Origin: Podarcis filfolensis
Lineage: Eukaryota
Assembly (NCBI GenBank): GCA_964270895.1
Contig: OZ185435.1
Reading direction: 5' to 3' (one strand)
DNA length: 64,000 bases
Part shown: positions 39,504 through 51,494 of the stretch, piece after piece
Layout: each line of letters starts with the position of its first letter
How positions within the stretch are numbered: the stretch's first letter is position 1
The notes under the pieces: model-generated
Seen by the model: only the letters and a program-made list of their open reading frames with translations
Told to the model about the DNA's origin: nothing
Database searches by the model: none
Translations under genes and position numbers: made by a program

Positions 39504-40420
39504 AAAGATTGTCCAAGTGCTCTCTTCTCCCACTACCTCCTCCAAGAAACATCTAAACAGTTTTCTGATTTTAACTGGGACTACAAACCAGGATATGAAA
39601 CCACTGAGTCAATGTGTCATGTACCTGCATTTTACCTACACGTGAGGTGCAATACTCACTTAAACCAACATGGTTTTTGTTCACTGGTAAAGTAGACACT
39701 CCTTCAAGGCTATCAAAGTAACCTTGTTTAAAAGAAGAAATAACATATTAGGCCTTGGGCAGGCATCATGTCACGTAACAGAAATACTTACAGCAAAAAT
39801 GCTACTCAACTGAATCAACACGCTTTCAACTGCAATTAGCCAACTGCCTTCCAAGGGTAGCATTTGGGGGGTTGCAGTGGGAAGAGATACAGTCAGAGCA
39901 ATATTCATGGAAAAAATTCAAAATCTAGTTCTCTGATGAATTCAAGACAAAATTTCTAAAACCAGGTGTGTTGTAAGAGCATTATGTTGACTTTTGTATT
40001 CATAACAACCAGATACACTTGTCTTCTGAAGAATATTATTAAATATGAGAAAATCATAAGCTACCCAAAAGACTACAAAGCCATCTTTCAGCCTTGACCA
40101 AGGGTGTATCTACACACAGGGGGGGAAACGCTATAATTAAATTATAAATAAAATTGTTATAACAAAAGAAAAAACTCTACGTAAAACACATAGAAAAGTA
40201 TTGTGCTCTACAGTGCCACCTGGTGTTCCATGTTTATAATGCATTTAAAACACTGTTGTTTTTTTACTAATGTAGCTGAGTCCTAAGTAACGGAAGTGCT
40301 TAATTGAGAAGAGGAATCACCTTTTCCCCCATTAGCAGTGTTTTTTGGGGGGATATGTCTGAATCCCTTACATAAATTCTGTACATTCTGCGCTGAAAAC
40401 ATAAAAAAAAAAGTTCTTAC

Positions 40421-40726
40421 CTTTCCTTTCCCACACAAAGCTTTTTTCTTTAAAATCCTGTGTTGCTTGGTGAAAAACTTCACATCTGATTGTCTTTTTG
40501 GAGTCTCTTCCTTTTGGACTAAACTGTAATTTGCTTACAAAATAACCTAACTTGTTTTCTCCAATCTGAACGTTCCTGGGATTGTCTTCAGATATTTTTT
40601 TCCATTCTTCATACCATGTCACTTTTATGTTGCAAGGTGCAAAATTTGATACGACCGTTTCCAAAGAGATGCTCTCACTGTTTTGCATTGGTGTTGCCTT
40701 TATTTCAGACATCTCAGGGCGGTGAA
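40421..40726 (-). CDS. NCR3LG1: B7-H6-like exon 8: post-TM Ig C1-like domain 4
   Basis: 306 nt, phase 1-1, catgtag| and G|GTAAGA; VVSNFAPCNIKVTW...FVSKLQFSP...IRCEVFHQA. Confidence 0.82.
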
Positions 40727-41562
40727 CTACATGGGGAGGAAAGGAAAGGATGTACTTGAAGTGACAATACAAGACAACAGGAACATAAAAAGATGCCTTA
40801 TACCAAGTCAGTCCATTAATCCATCTAGTTCAGCGTTGTTTACAGTGTCTGGCAGCAGCTCTGCACAGTTTCAAGCAGGGGATATTTCCAGCCCTGCCTG
40901 GAAATGCTAGGGACTAAACCTGGGATATTCTACTGCCCTTCCCCAATGTGAATCTATTCTATAACTTTCCTCTAAAAAATACAGGAATTTTATGAAGGAT
41001 TTAAATGTGTCATTGTTTAAATCACACTTCAGATCAGCAGGGTTGCAAGGATATTCATCTTCAATGAATATAGATCCGAGAATATGGTTTTTGATTTTCT
41101 AAAAACTTGGGGTGAACTAGTAACATCAGTGCCTATGTGTGAACATATGGTGTGGTTTTTGTTTTAGTTTTTATTAGATTTACCTGATTTTTCTATCAGG
41201 GAATCTTCAGAACTACTAAATGGAAGTCTGCAAGAAAGTTTGGACCTTCATAAAACAAACAAAACTGGCAGATATTAGGGACACATGACACCTAGTAGAG
41301 ACATGGCTATACGGTACACCTATCAGTCAGAGTACACAAACATGTCAAACCTCCCTTGTTGCAAAGGGAACTGCTTTATATCATAATACTACATCGATCC
41401 TCAATCTAATATACATTTTATTTTATGCAAACCACTTAGACATTTTTACAATCACTTAACAACATTTTTAAAATTAAGTGGTTTACAAATTTTGTTAAAT
41501 AAACAAGCTCAAATTGCCATTTGCCTAAAGTTGAAAGAACCCAAAGGATTCTCAGTACGTAC

Positions 41563-41874
41563 CTGGGAGCTTTAGATACACATCTCTAATAATGGGCTTT
41601 TTCAGGTCGCCATATGTCACACTGAAAATAATGAACTTATTATGATCCAAAGCAGTTGGTATCAGCTGGAGCTCAGAAGACAACTTCAAGCAGCCATTTG
41701 AGTCTTTGACTGGCCCCTCTGTGACCACACCTTTACTTATTTCAATACCCCCATCGAGCCATTGAATATTTATGTTGCTAAGAAAGAAATCTGTGACTTT
41801 ACAGGTTAGAGACAATGTAGTTCCATATTTAGGATAATTTGGTTCACACGTAATATCTGTAACTTTGGGGTAAC
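41563..41874 (-). CDS. NCR3LG1: B7-H6-like exon 7: post-TM Ig C1-like domain 3
   Basis: 312 nt, phase 1-1, tttttag| and G|GTACGT; PKVTDI...LSLTCKVTDFFLSNINIQWL...LSSELQL. Confidence 0.85.
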
Positions 41875-43003
41875 CTAAAAAATGCAGATGCAGAGAAAAC
41901 AAACAATTGAAAATATTAGTTTAAATTCAAAGAATGCTGGTACATCTGGTATTGCAAAACAGTAAATCAGAAGTGACAAATGGCAGATGGGGTGTCACAT
42001 TAGTATGTTACAGCAAAAGCTAGCCTAGTGTCACTTTATAACACATATATCATGGCATAAACTTTCATGGACTACAGGCTACTTCATATGATGCATGAAC
42101 TCCTATCCTCAGGGGATACACACATGGATATATACACACAGTCTCTCTCAAAAAGAGCTAGAGATAGGTTTGGAAAAATTACAGTTGCTTATCCTTTCAC
42201 TCTCACTACAACCCTGGTTGAAATTAGAGGATAGAATGAGCAATTAACACCACCGTCTTGTCAAAACTACCAAGTTTGCCTGGTTTAGATGTTATGGCTT
42301 CTCCCAATGAACTCTGGGAGTCAGATCTTTTGTAAAATCACAGGAATCTCAAAAAACTACAAATTAAAAGCTTTGCAGATTTAATTCAAATCCGCACAAT
42401 ACGGTATATGGAGAAATGATAAGAGTACGCATATAATGGCAGGGGAGCATTGGCAGTCTAACATATTCTAACATATCTGACATACACACATATATAATTT
42501 GTTATTAAATGTATATGATTATACATGGCTGTGTTTTATTCTGGTTGGAATACAAAGTGTGCCATGTTTGACCTTTTGGACTGAAACAGATGAGAGCTTC
42601 GATTTCTCATTTGATTCATGTTTTAAATTGGCTGCACTATAATGCTTGTCATGTTTGCAATTTGCCACTAGCCGACACTATAATTTTCCTACAAAGATGC
42701 ACATATCAGCTATAAACTTGCTTTGCTGATTTCACCCAGAAAAACTTCTAAACTAATTTTATGAATGACTTGACACTTCTGTGCAAGGACTCTCTGAGTC
42801 ATGTTTTCCATGGGACAAACCCACGATAGCATCACCTACTGACAAAGAGATACAAGTGATCTCTTTCAGTACAAGTTATCAAAGACCCACAACAAATACA
42901 GATACAGGAAACAACTCCATTATGTATTTCCAGTTTTATATAAACTATTTAGACAGGAACAACAAGTAGTTGTTCATTGCACAAGAACTTGCTGAGTACT
43001 CAC

Positions 43004-43318
43004 CTTTTAACATGAGTGGGTAACTATGTCTTATAACTTTTTTACAATGGTTGATTTGAACAATAAAGTCTACTGCATGGTCTTCTGGTTGAGGTATAAA
43101 AGATACTCTGCTTTTCTTGCAATACAGATTTGATCCTGGGTCCAGTTGTGGCTCCTCTGTGTTACTTTTAGCATCCAAAGGCTCATTATTGCCTCTTAGC
43201 CAACAAACGTCACACTCCCGTGGGCAGAAATCTTCTACTAAACAAGATAATGTGATGAGTTTCCCACACTCTGGTACAGGAGGCTCACATTCAATTTTGG
43301 AGACTTTGGGAGTACATT
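43004..43318 (-). CDS. NCR3LG1: B7-H6-like exon 6: post-TM Ig C1-like domain 2 (Cys-rich)
   Basis: 315 nt, phase 1-1, tttacag| and G|GTGAGT; PKVSKI...LITLSCLVEDFCPRECDVCWLR. Confidence 0.85.
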
Positions 43319-43755
43319 CTGTAAATAAATAAATAGATAAATAAATGTATACATACCAAAAAAGTGATATTATTAGCAAGTAGAATGCAACTGGAGAAGA
43401 TAATAAGTATGGACTCTCTTTTGTCCACATGAATTTCTGATCTGAAGAAGGCAGGGAGTACACAATCCCGTGCAGGCCTTATACCATGAAATGCTTTAAA
43501 GGTCATCACTTCGCCCTTCGTACGGGCTCACAAGTTATAAGAAACTAGTCAAACTGAATGAGATTAAGAGAAATAATCTCCACACAAGCCACCTGTGCTG
43601 CTTTCCCATTTTATCATTCACTTTTTGTAGACTGATCAAAGAGTTTAGCTACAATCCTGCATTGTTTCCCTTTGTGTATCATCATTGGCAGCAGAAAGTA
43701 TCCCATTGCATTCATGCAGCTCTCTCACCTTTCATCTGTTGACAGAATTCTTATA

Positions 43756-43997
43756 CAGTGGTACCTCGGGTTACAGACGCTTCAGGTTACATACGCTTCA
43801 GGTTACAGACTCCGCTAACCCAGAAATAGTGCTTCAGGTTAAGAACTTTGCTTCAGGTTGAGAACAGAAATTGTGCTCTGGCGGCGCGGCGGCAGCAGGA
43901 GGCCCCATTAGCTAAAGTGGTGCTTCAGGTTAAGAACAGTTTCAGGTTAAGAATGGACCTCCAGAACAAATTAAGTACTTAACCCGAGGTACTACTG
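43756..43997. mobile_element. Tc1/mariner-type MITE, copy 4 (242 bp)
   Basis: Same TIR and TA TSD; ends 65 nt from the donor of B7-H6-like exon 5. Confidence 0.9.
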
Positions 43998-44061
43998 TAA
44001 TAGCCAGTGAAATATGTAGTATTATTCTAAGTGATCATTTCAGCCCATCTTTCCTACTTAC

Positions 44062-44499
44062 CTATGACTTTAAATGGTATTATTTCAAAAGACAAACGAT
44101 CTGGAAAGGCCTCATGTCTAACTTCAAGTATAAGTTCAAACTCCTCCAGATGCTTTACATCTGGAACTATGTTGACTTTGCAGTAAACGTCAAAAGTGCG
44201 CCTTTGTTTTACTTGCAAAGCTGGATCAAAGGTAAACATGGTCTTCAAAGTCTTTTCAAGATCAGAACTTTCTTCTTCTTTTCCAGTGATAAGAGGCATA
44301 TCTTCTCCGTGTTCAATATTGCTGCCTGTCATAGTATTCCAAGAGCATAGTTTCAGTTTTTCATTCCTGCTTTGGAGTTTTAAGAAAAAAACTATTTCTA
44401 AAGGCTTTGGACGAAAGCCTTGCAGCAGGAACACCACCAGTGCTTCTTCCAAATGTTTCAATTCCTTATTTGCAGTTGCTGAAAATATCCCTGGTTGAA
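44062..44499 (-). CDS. NCR3LG1: B7-H6-like exon 5: post-TM degenerate Ig C1-like domain 1 with a large internal insertion
   Basis: 438-nt stop-free exon, tttatag| acceptor and G|GTAAGT donor, phase 1-1; LVVFLLQGFRPKPLEI and LILEVRHEAF resemble C1 B/C and F strands. Confidence 0.75.
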
Positions 44500-46904
44500 C
44501 TATAAAGAGCAAAACAAAGAATTTCAGGTGTAGAAACTTGTAGCAGTGTTACAAGTGATACTATTAGAACAAGTCATCTGTAAGAGGAACATTCTTGCTG
44601 CAGTTTACAACTAAGCATTATTTTTCCTTTTTGTAATTATCACATTCAGTCTATTGCAAATGCTAGTGACTGCTACATGGTGAATAGCGATGTATGCAAG
44701 ATGCTGTATCATAGATCAAGTGGCACAGTCCCTATTCAGAGTGCTTGAAGTACAGATAAGGTAAAGCATAACTGGAAGAAAAAGACAGTCCTGGATGAAG
44801 CGTTGGCTCAGTGAGATTAGGAAGAGTTTATTTTTGAGGTTAGGTTCAGTTGAGTATAGCAACAGCCTTACTAAAGAAGCCAGTTCAACAAAGACGGTTT
44901 AAAGCTTTAAAGGGTTGGGGGTGATATGATAGAAAGCCAGAAGGTAGGAGCAGGGATTTTAATAAGATGTTTGCAGCAAATGAATTTGCACAAAGAATCA
45001 TTCTGATTTGGAGGATAATTCCTTCCATAATTCCTCTGTGGCAATAAGACACTGAATAGTGACAGTTCAGTGAACAAAAAACCTAACAGCTTAATGTATT
45101 GTATTAAGTTCCATGTTCTCTTAAGCTCCAAAATGCTGGGTTTTGCAGCTGTTAAAGGTCACACCCTCAACAGAGGTGTTATTTAGACAATATGGATGGA
45201 TACGCAGTAGATGTCCTATGTTGTGATTAGTTCCACCTTAAGCAGAAGCCACCATGATATGTTATGTGTACCCATTAACACAGAATGGATGGAAGTGTAC
45301 TGGCTATGTGCACCTTTCCCACAGAATAATAAGAGTTTAAAAGAACCTTATGGTGATGTGGGGTGCTATCTTCAATCTATAAATCTTGCTCTCTCTGTGT
45401 GTGCCCTGGAAGCTTCAGTAAAGTTGCTTAGCTCACCAACCCGAAACAGTTCTTGTTTTAAGCAGTTGTTTTACCTGACACACACAAAATACACGCTCTA
45501 TATTTACACACTATATACAGGTTGCACAAAGGCTTTTCTCTCTTTGGTCCCAGAGGGTTTTGTGTAATTCAAAATCCTTGCTGAGCAAAATCCACATGCA
45601 AGCCTTCTTTTCAGATGAGCTCTCCTCAAAGTGTTTCACAATGATCCATCCCTTCCTGGTAACAGCCACTGACCCACAACCAATGCTCTAATCCGAGCCC
45701 TTTTATACATATAGTTGCATGCTTACTAAGGTAGCCATATTTTGAAGAGCAACAAAGAGAATGCTATGACGACTCTCGTTTTAAATATCTCTACTATATG
45801 TAGGATATAGAAGCTGTGATATATTGCTGAGGGGGACAGGTGAAGAGAAGAGGAAAGCAAGTCTATGTCTCATCCAGAAAGTATAGCCAGAGACATTTGG
45901 GCATATTTAAAAAATCCACCCGGACAGAAATTTTACCCCTGAAAAAGAGGACGTGTCCTGGAATAAGAGGACACATGGCAACCAAATCTGCCCAGTAAAT
46001 TGATAAAGAAGTCAAATTGAGCCAGGTGCATTTTTGAAATGAATCAGAGTGAGACAGCTTTTCCCTCACTAATGAAATTAACACACTAGCTATATTCCTT
46101 AACACCTTAAAGGTCATTCAGTCCAACTCCCTGTTCAGTGCAGGGTAGTCGCGGATTAAGCATTCCTTCTTACTCCTTTTGTACATATCCCACCCAAGTA
46201 TTTTGGTTAGCTTTGTAGCCCTGAATTAAGAATCTTGCAGAGTGTGCTATTTCTGTATCATGTAGAATGAAGCAAAAGAGCTGAGAAAGAGTGCTTTATC
46301 TGTGACAGGGGCTTGGACTAAATGACCTTCAGGGTTTATTCCAGGACTTACTTTATGTGGATGTTATTGGTTGCTAGTTGAGCACTTGCAATGTCAAATA
46401 GTAGCTTCAGTTGTATAGACTCCATGAGTCTTTTCTAGTGAGCAGATAAATCTGGGGCATAGGGCCACCACTCTGTCACTGACAGCCATCCATCTCCAAG
46501 ATAATGCTGAAGCTAGAACTAACCAGTTAGGACCTCTTGCATGCAAAACAGATGTTCTATCACTGAGTTATGGCCTTTCCCCAATTGATTCAGCAAAGAA
46601 ATCTTAGCCACTTAAAAGAAAAATTAGTCAAAATTCTTAACCACAGGCAAGGAGATTTTTTGGTGCCTGGCGCACTGGCGCCTAGGATTTTTTGAATACT
46701 GTCATTTCAGACCTAAGTTTACCAAAGATTAAGATTTCACAAAAGTACTAATTTTACTTTAATAATAATGAATACGTGCATGTATTATGTTTCATATTAA
46801 TCTATTTTTGTAAACCACCCTTAACCACCTTTGATGAATAGTATAGAATTCTCTTAATTGAAAAAATCAAATAATCAATTAATTAAATGTTTCCCATTAC
46901 TTAC

Positions 46905-47000
46905 TTTTCTTAAAGTACATTATGTACAGAATCACAGGAATCACACCAAGTAATAATAAAACAAGTATCACAGCCAACCAGGTAAAATTTGGTGGTGGTT
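46905..47000 (-). CDS. NCR3LG1: B7-H6-like exon 4: transmembrane segment EPPPNFTWLAVILVLLLLGVIPVILYIMYFKK
   Basis: ctctctttacag| acceptor and A|GTAAGT donor; 96 nt, phase 1-1; about 23 hydrophobic residues followed by KK. Too short for the ORF track. Confidence 0.88.
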
Positions 47001-47149
47001 CTGTAAAGAGAGAGAAATTGTTCTTGTTACTTATCACACAAAATAGCAAAATGTTTCAGCCTTGTTGCAACCTTTTGATGAGAAGTAATATTTCATATTC
47101 AGCTACTCAATCGTGGCAAAGTTATTTTAGCCCCATTTATTCCAACTGC

Positions 47150-48150
47150 ACATAAGAAAAGTCCTGCTGGAGCAGCCTAAAGACTAATCTGGTCTAGCAT
47201 GACTATAAGGTTTCCAAACTGGACATAAAGACCTCTTATATTGTTGTTTGCCAGAAAGTTATACTGTATTCAGAGGCATGCTACCTCTGATTTTGGAGGT
47301 AGCCATTGGTGGGCTTACACTGTAAACCCATCTAAGCTAATGGCCATCAACAGACCACCACATGGCAGTGAATTCTGTAAGTTAAGCATATGTTGCATGA
47401 AAAAGTACTTCTTTTTGTCTGCCCTGAACCTCTCACCGGTCAACTTGACTGGATGATCCCAGATTGTGTTAATGGAGAACTAATTTCCATCTATATCACA
47501 CATAAAGGTAAAGGTAAAGGGACCCCTGACCATTAGGTCCAGTCATGGCCAACTCTGGGGTTGCGGCGCTCATCTCGCTTTATTGGCCGAGGGAGCCGGC
47601 GTACAGCTTCCGGGTCATGTGACCAGCATGACTAAGCCGCTTCTGGCGAACCAGAGCAGAGCTCGGAAACGCCATTTACCTTCCCGCCAGAGCGGTACCT
47701 ATGTATCTACTTGCACGTTTGACGTGTTTTCGAACTGCTAGGTTGGCAGGAGCAAGGACCAAGAAACGGGAGCTCACCCCGTCACGGGAATTCAAACCGT
47801 CAACCTTCTGATCAGCAAGTCGTAGGCTCTGTGGTTTAACCCACAGCACCACCCGCATCCCAGATAATTATATCACACATAATTTTATACAATTCTAACA
47901 TGTCCCTTCCTCATATTTGCCTTTTTAAAAAAAAACTAAAAAGCCCCAAGTGCCATAACCTTTTCTCACTAAGGAGTTGTTCCATCCCTAATATCATTTT
48001 TGGTTGCCCTTTTTGTGCACCTTTCCCAGCTCCACAATAATCTTTTTAAGATGCAGCAACTAGAACTGTGCACAGTATTCCCATAGATTTGTATAAAGGC
48101 ATTACAATATATTTTATCCCTTTCCTTGTGATGCCCTAGCATGGAAGTCC
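47150..48150 (-). mobile_element. Old CR1-like LINE 3' remnant interrupted by the Sauria SINE
   Basis: Begins acataagaaaagtcctgctgg (reversed CR1-type tail) and continues on both sides of the SINE; boundaries approximate. Confidence 0.6.
47503..47861 (-). mobile_element. Near full-length Sauria-type SINE with 14-bp TSD
   Basis: AAAGGT tail, tRNA-derived head (B-box-like ggaattcaaacc on the plus strand); tatatcacacataa at 47492-47505 and 47869-47882. Confidence 0.9.
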
Positions 48151-48390
48151 CAAAGACTAATGCATTTGTAAGTACAATATGAATCTTTGGAGAAAGAAGG
48201 CTACATTTCAGAACATAGGGCAGAATTAGTGGAAGGTGCTGAAGGCTCCAGGGTGTGTGGGCAAATATCCCCTCCCCTTCTGGATCAAAAGCCCCTACAC
48301 TCATGGAAGTACACCAGTTGGATGTGACCCACTATTATACACAAACACACACACACACACACAGGCAGAAAAGGTCAACAGAAGGAATAC

Positions 48391-48717
48391 CTGTTACTAT
48401 CAAAGTGGCATTGAAGGCCTGCCGTATGGAAAATGATTTGTGTCCCACAACACAACTATAGACATTTCCATTATCTTGTAAAGATGGTTGTAGCCCCAGT
48501 TTACTGGTTACATTGAAAGTGCCATCTCCATTTTTCACAGGTACCCCTGTGCAAATATCATCTGCAGGTACAACTTCGTTATTCCCGCGTTCAGATTTCT
48601 TCTCCCAATGAACCTCAATCAAAAGAGGATAGAATTTATTCACTGTGCATGACAGGGTCTTCTCCTTGCCGTCTTCTAGTTCAACTGTCCTGGGAAACAG
48701 CTTTACTGAAGGTTGAG
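48391..48717 (-). CDS. NCR3LG1: B7-H6-like exon 3: extracellular Ig C1-set domain
   Basis: 327 nt, phase 1-1; AQPSV...LSCTVNKFYP..IEVHW...DGTFNVTSKL...YSCVVGH; both Cys kept; sequons NVT and NAT. Confidence 0.9.
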
Positions 48718-49959
48718 CTGCATGGAGATAATCAAAAGTGTCATTGTTTCTGTTTTTACTGCATTTTTATACAGTTTTTCAGACAAAAGCTGGTTGAAAG
48801 TGAAGTGAAAGTCATAGTTCATACTCCTGATTTCTCAGAAGGACATGGTCTAAATTAAAAACCTGGGTTGAGGGTTGTTTAATTAGAAGGAGATGGCTGG
48901 GGCAAGAGGCACAGAAGAGAAGTCCTGAAGAAGGTGTTTTGTGGGTCAAGAGGAGCTGTGTGCTATGAGTGGGAAGGGGGGAAGCCTACTAAGAAGGCTG
49001 GTCAAGAGTCTTGGTGGTAACAGAAGTGAACAAGAAGGAACTTGGGGGAAAATAATGGTGGAGGCAGAGAGCTAAAGAAAGGAGTCCAGGAGAATACCAA
49101 AATTGGGCAAAACTAGAGTTACAAGAGACTCTGCACAACTGGATGGAAAAAGCAGAAAGGTAAATGACGGACCTGAAGGGACCTGGTTTATTTTTCCCCA
49201 CCATTGATATGAAGGTATTTTTTTATTCCTCTGCTTTGTTATTTTTGTTGCTATTTATTTATCATTCTATTGTTTAAGTAGTTAAGCTGCCTTCATAGCA
49301 TTTTGACCCTGAAGGATACAGAACAAATTTTACAGGCATACATATATACATACATATATATAGGATCATTACAATTTAGAACCTAGACCCCGAGGAGATA
49401 ATTATGTCAGTGGCAGCTTCTATTGTTAGTGTAGCTTTTGTGATCTGGCAATTCTAAAAGCGCAGTGAGGGCAAAGAAGCAATGGGAGTGGACTTAACTT
49501 TCAAAGATTCATTTGAACTAACCAGCCAATTCTTTGGCTTCAAGTGTTTCAAATATATGTGATAATATCAGTCTGTCGAATAGAGCTCAGGTGTTGAGTG
49601 ACAACACCAAAAGAAGGCTACTAAGACACAAGGAGGAGATAGTAGCATGCAGAAGTAAAACAACAACTACAGGGGGAAATCTAAGGAGGCACCCCCCCCC
49701 CAAAAAAAGAGCATGCTTAGTAGCCACAAAATACTGACAACCTGTTGGGGATGGGGAGCATGAAAAATTGGGGTGATGAAGAGAGAATGCAATGGGGTAT
49801 CTTGGATACCACCTGAGTGGCTGGAGGCCTTAATAGGAGCACTCCACAATACAACGTTTTATGGCAGGTCCCACTTGGTATATAAGAAATTGCTTAGCAA
49901 AACTTTTAATGAGTCAGCTATACCACTCCATAACACAAAGTGACTTTTTTTTGAAGAGA

Positions 49960-50128
49960 TACACTTCTTAAGAGCTGTCTGACATTAGAACAGACTCCCT
50001 CAGAAGGTAGCAGACACTCCTTCATTGAAAGTTTTAAAGCAAAGATTGGATAGCCATCTGCCATGTATGATCTAGTAGAGATTCCCTTGGGATCCCTTCC
50101 AACTCTACAATTCTAGAGTTCTATGATT
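49960..50128 (+). mobile_element. CR1 3' end
   Basis: ggatagccatctg...ccttccaactctacaattctagagttctatgattc tail. Confidence 0.6.
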
Positions 50129-50487
50129 CCCAAGCAGGTGATTTATAGTTAAGAAATTTTGGTAGAAGTTTAACACTTTCCTTTCCTCTCACTGTACCAA
50201 ACCACCCCTACACGGTTCCAAACCTGCATCTCGGGGGGGGGGGGGCTGAAGCAGCTTGGAATGTATTTTGATGCCTGGGGGAAAGGATTAAACATGCTTC
50301 TCCCACCCCCATAGTTCACTGTTCTAAATTACTGTCTTGCAAAGTGACTTTTCTCTAAAGATGGGTGATATCACATACATTTCCTTATATAATGCTTAGT
50401 TAGACCTTAAAGCTACTGGGAAATTCTGAAATGTACAAGTTCGTTCTCTGTAAGTTTTCTACAAACTTGTGCAACATAAATACTTAC

Positions 50488-50838
50488 CAATTAGCTCTAC
50501 AACAGTGGTTCCTTCATTTGAATCTGGGGTAACAGTCACAGAACATATGTATATTCCTTCTTCACTAATCTGTATTTGGGGGAGGGAAAGTGCAGCATTG
50601 CCTTTTATCAGTTCACTTTCATCCATTCTTGCACCGTTTCTATAAGATGTAGGCACTCCAGAAACAATGGTGTACACTATATTTTCCGCTTCCTTGGAAG
50701 AAGGCTTCCAATACCACTCAACAGCTATTTTTGCGATCTTTAGCTCTGGAGTACTGTATTCAGAGATCTCACATGGTATCATCACATCTGTATCCAAGAC
50801 TGCCACCATCCGACTTTCCATTGTCACTTTCAGAGATT
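50488..50838 (-). CDS. NCR3LG1: B7-H6-like exon 2: Ig V-set domain
   Basis: 351 nt, phase 1-1; VMIPC...IAVEWYW...KGNAALSLPQIQISEEGIYICSVTVTP, resembling B7-H6 [33 protein letters not shown] donor. Confidence 0.9.
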
Positions 50839-51135
50839 CTTCGTAAAGAAAAAAAATAGCATTATTGCAAATAGTCTTTTGACCTTTCTAACAGTAGAAG
50901 GCTATGATTCATCACTGCCCATATTAAATGTATGGGAAACAAAATAGCTTTTTGTTTCCTATTGAATGGTCGGTGATCCTTTTCTGTGGCACTTAATACC
51001 ATTTTGACACCTGATTTTATACCTTATTTTGAAAGAGACCACAATTACCTTTATTTTGATACCAAAATAGGCCCAATCGGTTAAAAAATAAGTGAAACAG
51101 GAGGTTTTTTTCTGACACAGAAATTGCATTAGCCT

Positions 51136-51494
51136 AAAAAGGTAAAGGACCCCTGACAGTTAAGTCCATTTGCGAACGACTCTGGGGTTGCGGCGCTCAT
51201 CTCGCTTTACTGGCCAAGGGAGCTGGCTTTGTCCACAGGCACTTTTCCCAGGTCATGTAGCCAGCATGACTAAGCCACTTCTGGTGAAACCAGAGCAGCG
51301 CACGGAAACACTGTTTATTTTCCCGCCGGAGCGGTACCTATTTATCTTCTTGCACTTTGACGTGCTTTTGAACTGCTAGGTTGGCAGGACCTGGGACCAA
51401 GCAACGGGAGCTCACCCTGTCGCGGGGATTCGAACCACCAACCTTCTGATTGGCAAGCCCTGGCTCTGTGGTTTAGACCACAGCACCACCCGCC
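51136..51494 (-). mobile_element. Sauria-type SINE
   Basis: Co-linear with the 47503-47861 copy. Confidence 0.88.

Noticed and set aside
26100-46900. Retroviral Gag-like tail exon as in human B7-H6
   Set aside because: No Gag-like ORF found downstream of the TM exon; the in-phase exons are Ig C1-like instead.
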